Source of the DNA: an uncultured bacterium
GTDB taxonomy: Bacteria > Abyssobacteria > SURF-5
Assembly (NCBI GenBank): GCA_964607485.1
Contig: CAZSKP010000055.1
Span: 1 to 25,254 of the forward strand
DNA: 25,254 nucleotides
Direction: 5' to 3'
Shown: positions 1 through 8,644 of the stretch, piece after piece
Layout: the number at the start of each line of letters is the position of its first letter
Position numbering within the stretch: the stretch's first letter is position 1
Translations under genes and position numbers: made by a program
The notes under the pieces: generated by a model
Seen by the model: the letters and a program-made list of their open reading frames with translations, nothing else
Database searches by the model: none
Told to the model about the DNA's origin: nothing

Positions 1-232
1 GGATAATGACGGGCAGATTGAGTTTTGACTGCCGCACACGCTCGATCACGGAAAGGCCGTCCAGGCCGGGCAGCATGATATCCACAATAGCCGCGTCATA
101 AGGCTCGTTTATCGCCAGAAAGAGACCATGCTCACCTTCTACGGCGTGGTCTACTGCATAGCCTGCCTCTTTCAGGCCTCTCAAAATAAACGATGCGATT
201 TTCAGATCGTCTTCAAGCAGGAGTATCCGCAT
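1..232 (-). CDS. Response regulator, OmpR/CusR-like receiver domain (runs off the window; not in the ORF track)
   Basis: Manual translation from ATG at 232 gives MRILLLEDDLKIASFILRGLKEAGYAVDHAVEGEHGLFLAINEPYDAAIVDIMLPGLDGLSVIERVRQSKLNLPVII. It has the acidic EDD pocket and the D-IMLP phosphoacceptor motif. Confidence 0.92.
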   Translation of the reverse strand, partial: MRILLLEDDLKIASFILRGLKEAGYAVDHAVEGEHGLFLAINEPYDAAIVDIMLPGLDGLSVIERVRQSKLNLPVII

Positions 233-679
233 GGCTGACAAATCCCTTTCGCCCTCCGAGACCGAGGGGCGATAATACAAAATCTTAGATCGCTCAATAT
301 CAACGGCTTAAATTCGTGCAGATATGGATTCTGAGCCCTTCGTTATCCTGGCTCGATTGCCCTAGTAAGATTATACTCCATCAAACCTATTATCGTACTC
401 TGCCAACCTGACCGGAAGGTTTCCAGGAGATTACCATTTGGCAATGCTCACTTCTGCACAATGCAACTCTTATCCAATAACCTTCATAAATGAAAGGCCA
501 AAAAAGTGAAGGTTATCATCGTGTATCTTCACTGTGTGGGAGACGATGACGCTGCCACGGAGTTGGTGAATCCCAGAGGGCGGGAATTTCGGGTCTTGCA
601 GACTAATAGAATGGAAGACTCTGTTCTTCAGTTCGGATAAACAATCGTTGGGTCCCGACCCCGGCGACAGGAGCCGAAG

Positions 680-726
680 TGGTTGCGGGGGCTGGATTTG
701 AACCAGCGACCTTTGGGTTATGAGCC
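680..726 (-). repeat. att-like site: 47-bp copy of the tRNA-fMet 3' half (anticodon arm to CCA)
   Basis: tggttgcgggggctggatttgaaccagcgacctttgggttatgagcc is identical to 16484-16530 and 13353-13399. Confidence 0.95.
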
Positions 727-830
727 TTGTTATGCCCCTTCGCCCTAACCCGCCGAAAGGGCGGTAACTTACAGCAATTCTATGAACCTACCTGCAAGGA
801 CCTCCGTTCACCATGTTTCCTGTGAAATTC

Positions 831-853
831 AGGGTACAGTTTAGGGTACAGTT
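831..853 (+). repeat. Tandem 11-bp direct repeat AGGGTACAGTT (putative integrase arm-type sites)
   Basis: agggtacagtt-t-agggtacagtt, about 105 bp from the att core. Confidence 0.55.
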
Positions 854-907
854 GCGGGGTTTGTCAAGAGCGATATTGTATCTCTGTTCGTGTGGCTGGA
901 AGTGCCT

Positions 908-1078
908 TCAGATCAGACCGTCTCTTTCGTCAAGAATTGATGGAGGATTCTCAACGAGGGGGTCGAGACGATCTGCCTGCTGCAATGCCCAAGCAATCCA
1001 TTTGTCAAGTTCGCTTCCTTGATTGATCTGGCCGTGTCTTGCGAGAGCATCTTCTTTGACTGCTTTGATGAACGCTCC
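908..1078 (-). pseudogene. C-terminal remnant of a hypothetical protein with a WxxWAxxQADRLDP motif
   Basis: Reads GAFIKAVKEDALARHGQINQGSELDKWIAWALQQADRLDPLVENPPSILDERDGLI*. It has no start codon and is cut by a TGA at 1079-1081 next to the PHP gene stop. Confidence 0.55.
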
Positions 1079-1089
1079 TCATCTTATCT

Positions 1090-1989
1090 TCAAGCCTTGG
1101 CCTTGATCAAAGGATTGCTCCAGGCTACCTTGCCATGAGCATCCTCGATCTCCATGCGTGCATACGGCCACTCAGCAGGTATCCTGAAATGTGTATCGGT
1201 CATTGGCTTCTTCCCAAGCGCGTTTCTCCACTTGGCCTTGTCCCGAGGACCGATCAGGCGCGCGTGGACGATTGGGGAAGTCTCAACTACGACGCGGTTG
1301 CCTTGTTCTATCGTTATTGACTGGAAACAGGGACCCGTGGAACTGTAGAAGTTGCCTCTCTTGATCGATGCAATGATCGCCTCATGAGAGAGTGCTGGGG
1401 CATTAACCATGATCCACGCGCCCGGCTCGGCAGGATATCCTTCAAAGAAGTGGGCATCGTCAGTCGCAAAACCGAGCATATTCGCGTGGCGTTCCAGCAT
1501 CATATCCCAGTGAAACGAGCCCAATCCCTTTCCTTCGCCCATCTGAGAAATGTAGTTGTATACTTCTATCCCGTGAAACCCATGCCGCGCCCCCTCCGCT
1601 ACCAAATTCCCCGACCAATGGGGGTGAGCCCAGATGAGAATACCCCCCTGACTCCGGACCCTCTTGAACCCGGCCATGAACGCCATGTCTGCTGTGACGC
1701 CGTCGACACTCCCGATGCAAACAGCATGGAAGAGGATACCAGCATCGTCTTTACCGTGGAGCTCGATTCCGTCAAGTATCAGAAGTGGCCACTGATTGCC
1801 TAGTTCGGCTCCGATAAACGGAACCATATGATCGGTGATGCTGATAAAGTCGTAACCCATGTCGGCATAGAATGCCGCCGCCTGTTCAACCGTCAATCGG
1901 CCGTCGGACCGGGTGGTGTGCATGTGAATGTTGCCCTTGAACCAAGTCCCCGAACAGTCGTACCTGAAACGATCTTCCATTGATACCAT
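1090..1989 (-). CDS. PHP-domain metallohydrolase (CehA/McbA-like)
   Basis: KGNIHMHTTRSDG, ITDH, GIE, AHP, IEVYN and TDDAH motifs. Confidence 0.85.
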   Translation of the reverse strand: MVSMEDRFRYDCSGTWFKGNIHMHTTRSDGRLTVEQAAAFYADMGYDFISITDHMVPFIGAELGNQWPLLILDGIELHGKDDAGILFHAVCIGSVDGVTADMAFMAGFKRVRSQGGILIWAHPHWSGNLVAEGARHGFHGIEVYNYISQMGEGKGLGSFHWDMMLERHANMLGFATDDAHFFEGYPAEPGAWIMVNAPALSHEAIIASIKRGNFYSSTGPCFQSITIEQGNRVVVETSPIVHARLIGPRDKAKWRNALGKKPMTDTHFRIPAEWPYARMEIEDAHGKVAWSNPLIKAKA

Positions 1990-2371
1990 GTCTCCAAAGA
2001 ACGCCGGTGTAGCTCGTTTCTCCTTGGTCTTGAAGGTTCTTCGGGTATAATACTCTGAACGCCTCTGCGTATTCTATCTCATCGGCCATCGGACGTCCAT
2101 GCCGGAAATTCTTCTGGGAGACATTCCCCCCAGTGACTATGCCCGGGTGGTGGCCAAGACCAAAAGAGCAGCTAGCCCGATTCCCTCTAATTCCAAATGG
2201 ACCGGTTTACTGGGAGCCGGTCACCATATCGGTGGCTCCTCCATGGCAGGGAGGCCAGCGTGCCCTGGCCTCAGCCGCGAGGGGCTTGTATCCGAGCGCG
2301 CTGTAGTTAGCAACTCATCGAGAATTGTTCTCACTCTGATTCTTGCTGCAATCCAAGCTGCTCCGGTCATG

Positions 2372-3382
2372 TCATTCATCATATTCAGCCACCGTCAAGG
2401 CCGCGAAGTCTGAGATACGGTCCCCGAGCTGGGCCGGCACTATTTGGCAGACACTCCTGTTTCTGGCCAGACACTCTTTCTCGAGGACAGCCTCAACGCT
2501 GTCCATAAGCAGTTCCCTGTTGCGCTCGAAGATGCTGCCGATGACGATCATCTCCGGATTCAGAATATCAATCAGCACCGCAAGACCTCTCCCCAGATAG
2601 TGACCAACCTTCTTAAACACGGATATAGCCACAGGATCGCCCTTTTGCGCGGCCTCGGCCACCGCTCGGGCTGAAATTTCTTCCAGCTTTCCCACATCTT
2701 TACAGAAGCCGGGAGCCTTTCCCTGTTGCAGATGTTCGAGGGCCATTACCCTTGCCACTTGGGCAATGCCCCCTCCACTGCAGAACCCTTCAAACGACCC
2801 TTCCTTCCCGTAGCCGACAGGACCGTTATCAGACAATCTTATGTGTCCCACTTCGCCGGCCATTCCGTTCGCTCCGCTGAACAACCTGCCGTTCAGAATC
2901 AGGCCCGCACCAAGCCCCGTCCCCATGGTGATGAAGATCACATTGCTGCATCCTCTGGCGGCGCCATACCGCCACTCCGCCAGTGCGCCGGCATTCGCGT
3001 CGTTCTGCAACCGGACCGGCACTCTATAACGGTCGTGGAGAATTTCCACTATAGGGACATTGTCCCAGCCGTACAGGTTCGGCGGGCTAAGAATTACACC
3101 GCTTACGAGATCCAGCGGGCCTCCGCAGCTGATCCCTATGGAATTCAGAGTCTTATTGGACGTCCTGTTCTTTTTAATAATGGAGTCGATGGAATCATAG
3201 ATCGTTTCAAGAGTGCTCTCTACTCCGTTCTTTGTATTCGTTGGAAAGGATATTCTGTCCATGATGATATCCTCGGCCTGAAGGGCTTCAGCCCGGGATT
3301 TTCCAGACACCAAAGTACATTTGGTTCCGCCAATATCCAGACCAATGTTGTACCTGTCCAATGACTTTTCTCCCTGTCTCAT
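2372..3382 (-). CDS. ROK-family sugar kinase (glucokinase-like)
   Basis: GLDIGGTK, GISCGGP, NDANAGALAE, GTGLGAG, GEVGH and EGFCSG motifs. Confidence 0.92.
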   Translation of the reverse strand: MRQGEKSLDRYNIGLDIGGTKCTLVSGKSRAEALQAEDIIMDRISFPTNTKNGVESTLETIYDSIDSIIKKNRTSNKTLNSIGISCGGPLDLVSGVILSPPNLYGWDNVPIVEILHDRYRVPVRLQNDANAGALAEWRYGAARGCSNVIFITMGTGLGAGLILNGRLFSGANGMAGEVGHIRLSDNGPVGYGKEGSFEGFCSGGGIAQVARVMALEHLQQGKAPGFCKDVGKLEEISARAVAEAAQKGDPVAISVFKKVGHYLGRGLAVLIDILNPEMIVIGSIFERNRELLMDSVEAVLEKECLARNRSVCQIVPAQLGDRISDFAALTVAEYDE

Positions 3383-3648
3383 TGTGACCTGCTTTAGAAT
3401 CGGTCGTGACGGTGCAAATCAAACGCAGGCATTGCTCGGCGGTAACAGACAAAAGTATACCAGAAAGCAGGGGGATTTTCACTTATGATGCGGAATTTGG
3501 GCGCGAAGGTTTCCTCAGGAAAGGGCAGTATTCTTTACTTCCTAAAGGCGGTGAACTAAGCCCTGAATTGTACGCCTTTAGATGACTTGGCACAGAGGGG
3601 AATTGCGTCCCAAATCTATGCATATACTTCGGAAGATGTGAACACACC

Positions 3649-4188
3649 TTACTTGGCCCTCACAGCCAGGGCCGGTCCCACATCTTTCCCTTCGGGAAGA
3701 TGAGCGACGTGTGTAGCGACGTCGGGGCGACGCAAGAGTTGTTCGAAGTCTCCGAAGTCCAGAGCTCGCATCGGACAGGCGGCGACGCATACCGGAGGTT
3801 CTCCGTTTTCGAGGCGGTCTGTGCAGAAATCACATTTCCGGGCCACCGTGTCTTCCTGCGCGAGAAAGCTGATCGCGTCATAAGGACAGGCGCTTTCGCA
3901 GATGCGGCAGCCAGTGCATTTCTCCCTGTCTATCAGAACAATCCCGTCATCTTCACGCTTGATAATTGCGTCTTCCGGGCACGCGTCGGCGCACGGGGGC
4001 TTTTTGCAGTGATTGCATGAAATCGAAAGATGGAATACCTTGACATTCGGGAATCGTCCTTCCTCGCGCGTTTCAACGCGACGAAAACCGACGGGTCCCG
4101 CCGGCACATCGTGCCAGTCCTTACATGAAACGACGCACGTGTGGCACCCCGTGCATCGGGTTTGGTCGAAACTAAACGCTAGCTGCAT
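3649..4188 (-). CDS. DmsB-like 4x[4Fe-4S] electron-transfer subunit
   Basis: CTGCHTCVVSC, CNHCKKPPCADACP, CTGCRICESACPY and KCDFC...CVAACP motifs. GGAGG precedes the ATG at 4188. Confidence 0.92.
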   Translation of the reverse strand: MQLAFSFDQTRCTGCHTCVVSCKDWHDVPAGPVGFRRVETREEGRFPNVKVFHLSISCNHCKKPPCADACPEDAIIKREDDGIVLIDREKCTGCRICESACPYDAISFLAQEDTVARKCDFCTDRLENGEPPVCVAACPMRALDFGDFEQLLRRPDVATHVAHLPEGKDVGPALAVRAK

Positions 4189-4215
4189 CCGAGCCTCCTG
4201 GGTCAATCTGTATGG

Positions 4216-6342
4216 TCAGGCCTTCTCCACCTGCACCCTCGTGGAATTGAACGGAGTGATTTGGGTCGAGGTGTGAATATCGGGGCAGACCGCATTCGCG
4301 CATCCGTTCTTGTCCACGCCGTCGGCATCGAGGTCGAACTGTATTCCCTGGTCGATGTTGACAGCGCCCGGAACGATGCGCTCGGTCACCCGCGCGGGCA
4401 GGACGGTCGAGCCGGTGGCGCTCGACACTTTTACGAGGTCTCCATTCGCAATGCTTCGCGCTTCTGCATCGACTGAGTTTATCCAGACTTCCTGCGCCTC
4501 GGCTTCTCGCACCCACTCGACGTTGTAAAACATCGAATTCGATGTCTTCTTGCTGTGTCCCGTCACCAGACAGAGGGGAAATGCGCCGTCGTCCTGCGAC
4601 TCCTCCGGCTCGATGTATTTCGGAATCGGCGGAACGCCCGGGTTTCCCAGATCGGCAATCGACTGGCAGAAAATTTCTATCTTGCCGCTGGGGGTGGAAA
4701 AAGGACTGTTCTCGATGTCTTCTATCTGCTCGCGAAACGCAATGTGAGGCCGGTCGAGCTTATATTTTATCGACCCGGTTTCCTTGAACTTTTCCCAGTC
4801 TTCGATTTCGGCGTTTGAACTCAAATACTTCAGCCACTCGTCCTCGGCCATTTCGCTGTATCCATCAATGCCCAGTCGTCCCGCGAGGTCGGCGAGAATA
4901 TCGACGTCGTTCCGGCATTCGCCATATGCCTCGATTGCTTTGTTCGAACAGGTGATGTAATGGCCCAGGAGCCACGGAGTGAACACGTCGTTGCGCTCAA
5001 ACTGGGTTGTGACCGGAAGCACGAAATCGGCGTAGCGAGCCGTCGCGGTGAGAAACTGCTCATGGACAACCATGAATTCGACGGACTTGAGCGCGCGGTC
5101 GGCCTTGCGGACGTTCGCCAACTGGTTCGCGGTGTTGCCGGCGACGGAATAGACCATCCGTATGTCCGACGGATACCCGCCGGCGCGGCCTTCCAGGATG
5201 GCGTCGGCCCACTTGTTGAAGTGGACTGAGACATTGTCCGAACAATACCCTCCCGGCAACTGCATCATCTTTGTCATGATGGGATATCCGAAGATGGGAA
5301 TCCCGGCCTCGCCTCCGGAGACGCCGACATTTCCCGTCATCGCCGCCAGGGTCGCGGTCGCGCGGCTGAATTGCTCGCCATGATTTGTCCGACACGGTCC
5401 GTAGCCGGTAACGAGCGCGGCAGGCTTCGCCGTCGCGTACGCGCGCGCAACCTCGACTATCCTTGCTGCCGGCACGCCGGTTCTCTCCTCGGCCCACTGC
5501 GGCGTCTTTGGAACACCGTCTTCCCGCCCCATGACGTATGTTTTGAATTCCTCGAAGCCCACCGTATATCTGTCGATAAAGTCCCGGTCGTAGAGGTTTT
5601 CGTCGATGATCACATACGCCATCGCGATCAGCATGGCCGCGTCGGTTCCCGGACGGATCGGAATCCACTCGCTTGCGAGGACGGCTGCCGAGTCGGTGCA
5701 TCGTGGATCCACGGCGACGACACGCGCTCCGTTCTCCCGCGCGAGGGCCACATAATATGCCGAGTTCGTCCCCCAGACCGAATCGCTGGGGTTCCAGCCC
5801 CACATGATGATCATGTTCGAGTTGAGCAGGTCCTCTCGCTCATTCGCCGTGAAGACGGTGCCGTAGGTATGAAATGCGGCGAACACGGCGCCGTCGTTGG
5901 AAACGTACGATTCGAGCGTCGTCTGTCCTCCGAACATGTTCAGCAATCGGTCGAGGCACGACCTGCGGTGATATGAGCACTCGTTGGTTCCCGAATGCGA
6001 GATGTTCATGATCGCCGTGGCGCCGTAGCGTTCGCGTATCTCGAGCATTGTCTGCGCGATCGTATCCAGCGCCTCGTCCCAGCCGACCCTCGCGAATGTG
6101 CCGACGCCCTTCTCGCCGGTTCTCTTCAGGGGATACTTTAGCCGGTCGGGATGATAGAGCCGCTGGCGGTATGCGCGACCCTTGAGGCACGCGCGGAGCT
6201 GCAGCCTTCCCGGTTGGTCGGGGAGGGACTCGTCGGATGTGATTCGTTTAACGACGCCATCTTCCACGTGGGCCACAAGCAGACAACTTCCTCCACAGTT
6301 ATGGCCACAGCCGACGGGAATCTTTTGCATCTTTTCCATCAT
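4216..6342 (-). CDS. DMSO-reductase-family molybdopterin oxidoreductase catalytic subunit (DmsA/YnfE-like), no Tat signal
   Basis: N-terminal CGHNCGGSC...CLKG Fe-S motif, HPDRLKYPLKR, WGWNP, IRPGTDAA, ADFVLP and TPSGKIE. The protein begins directly at the Fe-S motif with no twin-arginine leader. Confidence 0.92.
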   Translation of the reverse strand: MMEKMQKIPVGCGHNCGGSCLLVAHVEDGVVKRITSDESLPDQPGRLQLRACLKGRAYRQRLYHPDRLKYPLKRTGEKGVGTFARVGWDEALDTIAQTMLEIRERYGATAIMNISHSGTNECSYHRRSCLDRLLNMFGGQTTLESYVSNDGAVFAAFHTYGTVFTANEREDLLNSNMIIMWGWNPSDSVWGTNSAYYVALARENGARVVAVDPRCTDSAAVLASEWIPIRPGTDAAMLIAMAYVIIDENLYDRDFIDRYTVGFEEFKTYVMGREDGVPKTPQWAEERTGVPAARIVEVARAYATAKPAALVTGYGPCRTNHGEQFSRATATLAAMTGNVGVSGGEAGIPIFGYPIMTKMMQLPGGYCSDNVSVHFNKWADAILEGRAGGYPSDIRMVYSVAGNTANQLANVRKADRALKSVEFMVVHEQFLTATARYADFVLPVTTQFERNDVFTPWLLGHYITCSNKAIEAYGECRNDVDILADLAGRLGIDGYSEMAEDEWLKYLSSNAEIEDWEKFKETGSIKYKLDRPHIAFREQIEDIENSPFSTPSGKIEIFCQSIADLGNPGVPPIPKYIEPEESQDDGAFPLCLVTGHSKKTSNSMFYNVEWVREAEAQEVWINSVDAEARSIANGDLVKVSSATGSTVLPARVTERIVPGAVNIDQGIQFDLDADGVDKNGCANAVCPDIHTSTQITPFNSTRVQVEKA

Positions 6343-6414
6343 AACTTCTCTTTCACATTTGACAAACGCCTGTTCCTGGGTCTTCGGACTTTCCGCTTAT
6401 CGTATCATATTCTA

Positions 6415-6924
6415 TCAGACCCTGAAAAGCCCTCCCTTTGCCTCAAGCTCCTTCAGGAAGAGCGCTATCTCTTCCGCGCCTTCGGCCACGAGCTTGAAGC
6501 ATTTCTCATTTTGCTTCGAGGAATAGAACTCCATTGCCTGCTCGAGGTCGGTGAAGACAACTCCCGATATCTCTCTGCAGATGTGAGATCCGAACTTCTC
6601 GGTGAGGCGTCCCATCAGCTCTTGTCCCGGGACGACAATCGGGAACAGTCCGTCCAAGCCCGCCTCCAATCTCTCTCTGCCCATCAGCAAACCCAGGACC
6701 ATCAGCCCGGCCGTGTGAATTCCGCAGGTGAGAGAACACAGCATGCCACCGTGCATAGCGCCCGCGGCGCGAATCACCAGGGGGTCTTTCATGCCAAATT
6801 CGTCCATGAAAGCAGCAAGGATGCTCTGAGTGCAGCTATCATAGCGCATCATATTGTCACGCGACTTGTCACTGACCCGTGCAATCCAATCCGTTCCTCT
6901 TGGGAGTGAGATGGACTCGACCAT
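6415..6924 (-). CDS. C-GCAxxG-C-C family putative redox protein
   Basis: SCTQS...GGM...TCGIHTAG...FGSHICREI...KC cysteine pattern. Confidence 0.85.
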   Translation of the reverse strand: MVESISLPRGTDWIARVSDKSRDNMMRYDSCTQSILAAFMDEFGMKDPLVIRAAGAMHGGMLCSLTCGIHTAGLMVLGLLMGRERLEAGLDGLFPIVVPGQELMGRLTEKFGSHICREISGVVFTDLEQAMEFYSSKQNEKCFKLVAEGAEEIALFLKELEAKGGLFRV

Positions 6925-7017
6925 TCACGTTACTCCTTGTTTCAGGGGCCGCGTCAGCTTCGTGTCGCGGGGTGCGAAGGTGACCCGCGCCCAACAACTT
7001 CCCTCTTCCCCTCGACG

Positions 7018-7779
7018 CTAGCCGATCAATATCGGATACACCCCGGGAAGACAGGGCCAATCCATGCGCCCCTCGCCCACGGGGGGAGGCGCGAACAGTT
7101 TGTCGTCCCAGCCCGCTTTATGAGCCGTCGCATACATGTCTATGCCCACCGCCTGGGCGGCTGGTCGGCATCGATAGTACTGGAAGCAGATCTGGCTCTG
7201 TTTCGTATAGAGGGGACACTGCAGCGCCTTGCCCTTTCTTGCATCTTTTACCCAATCGGAGCTGAAGAGCCCGCAGATGGTGCATGGCCCTCCGGTGAAA
7301 CCCATGGCGTTGACGTACCCGACGTACTGCGCCTCGACCTCGGTCCTGCCGACGATCTCTTTCATCTTGTTGATACAATCGTATTTCTCGTCGTACGAGT
7401 CGCTCTCGGACGGGGGAATGCTGAGCAGCACCGCCCAATTGTAGTCGTCGATGATCTCTTGCATCTCAGATGCGGACGCCGTGTGGGGAGGGCAGAAGTA
7501 GCCGGAGTTGTATCCCCAGCACGTTGGGATGCGGCATTTCACCCTCATGATCTCATTGGTTGCGATATCGTTCGCGCTGATTGCGATCCCGTCTTCGGCG
7601 CCCAGTTCTTTGGCAAACTCGATTATCTTTGCGAGGTCTTTTTCGTCCACCGAGCTTTTGATCTTCGTCGTTGGCCTGTCTAACCGTTCCGGCATCACAT
7701 CTCTCGACCTCAGCTTCAGAAGCTGGCTTTGTTGCTCCAGCCGCTCGTCCATCCGATCGACATCAGTTTTTTCGGTCAT
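7018..7779 (-). CDS. DUF2284-like Cys-rich predicted metal-binding protein (paralog 2)
   Basis: KCRIPTCWGY...CPP, GGPCTIC, C...C...RPAAQAVGID pattern. GAGG-type RBS upstream. Confidence 0.8.
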   Translation of the reverse strand: MTEKTDVDRMDERLEQQSQLLKLRSRDVMPERLDRPTTKIKSSVDEKDLAKIIEFAKELGAEDGIAISANDIATNEIMRVKCRIPTCWGYNSGYFCPPHTASASEMQEIIDDYNWAVLLSIPPSESDSYDEKYDCINKMKEIVGRTEVEAQYVGYVNAMGFTGGPCTICGLFSSDWVKDARKGKALQCPLYTKQSQICFQYYRCRPAAQAVGIDMYATAHKAGWDDKLFAPPPVGEGRMDWPCLPGVYPILIG

Positions 7780-7842
7780 TGTTTCCGCCTCCTTGATTCA
7801 TTGGCTTGCTTTAAGAGATACGCCGCTTCGAACACTTCCCCT

Positions 7843-8529
7843 CTAGCCGACGAGCACAAAGGCGTAGTATGGGCATTCGGGTACACTGTCCACGCCGGTT
7901 TCGGGAAAAATCAACTCGTCGGGCGCCCATCCCTGGTCGCGAATAAACTCGACGATGTCGATGCCCGAAGGCTCGGCCGATGGCCTGGCCCTTCGGTGGG
8001 AACGACAGACGCCGTTGCGTATCGCCGTGCAATAGACCGCGTCCTGTCCGCTCATTACCTTCTCATACCACGGCTTGGTCCACATGCCGCAGCAAACGCA
8101 GGGCCCGCAGTTGAATCCCATGGCCTTGTAGTATCCGAGTTCATGGGCCTTGGATTCGATCACGCCGACGATTCTGTTCAACTTGCCCGACCACAGGCCG
8201 GCGTTGCCGAACGTCTCTATAATGTTCCCGTCCTTCGGTACGGCGACAGCCTCCCTGGGGCTGTACATCACGCCCATGACGCCGTACTCGTACGAGGAGG
8301 GGACACATTGGGCCATGAGCTCCTTGCGAGGCGTGAACGGGGGACACTGGAAGGTGTTGCCGTAAGAGCCGCAATTGGGGTACTCGCATTTTCGGCGGAT
8401 GGATTCTTTGAAATACAGCTCTGAGGCCTTGACCACGCGAGTCTCGACGCAGCCCATCTCTTTGAGGTAATCCTGGAGGATTTCCAAGTCTTCCGGGAGG
8501 ACCTTGAACTTCACCTTGCTTTTTGCCAT
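7843..8529 (-). CDS. DUF2284-like Cys-rich predicted metal-binding protein (paralog 1)
   Basis: KCEYPNCGSYG...CPP, GPCVCC, C...C...ARPSAEPSGID pattern. AAGGAG RBS favours the start at 8529 (MAKSK). Confidence 0.8.
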   Translation of the reverse strand: MAKSKVKFKVLPEDLEILQDYLKEMGCVETRVVKASELYFKESIRRKCEYPNCGSYGNTFQCPPFTPRKELMAQCVPSSYEYGVMGVMYSPREAVAVPKDGNIIETFGNAGLWSGKLNRIVGVIESKAHELGYYKAMGFNCGPCVCCGMWTKPWYEKVMSGQDAVYCTAIRNGVCRSHRRARPSAEPSGIDIVEFIRDQGWAPDELIFPETGVDSVPECPYYAFVLVG

Positions 8530-8644
8530 AACGCTCTTCTCCTTACTGTAAGCTCTTCTCGTTTCGCACCGACTCCCCAAGCACGTGGGCGAGGATTCCA
8601 TGGCGGTAGAATTCTCTTATCACGAACGGCACGAGCGCCACATT

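Noticed and set aside
1990-2371. ORFs 1886-2089 and 2099-2413 between the PHP and ROK genes
   Set aside because: No convincing RBS or family motif. Possibly decayed coding sequence, but I cannot support a call.
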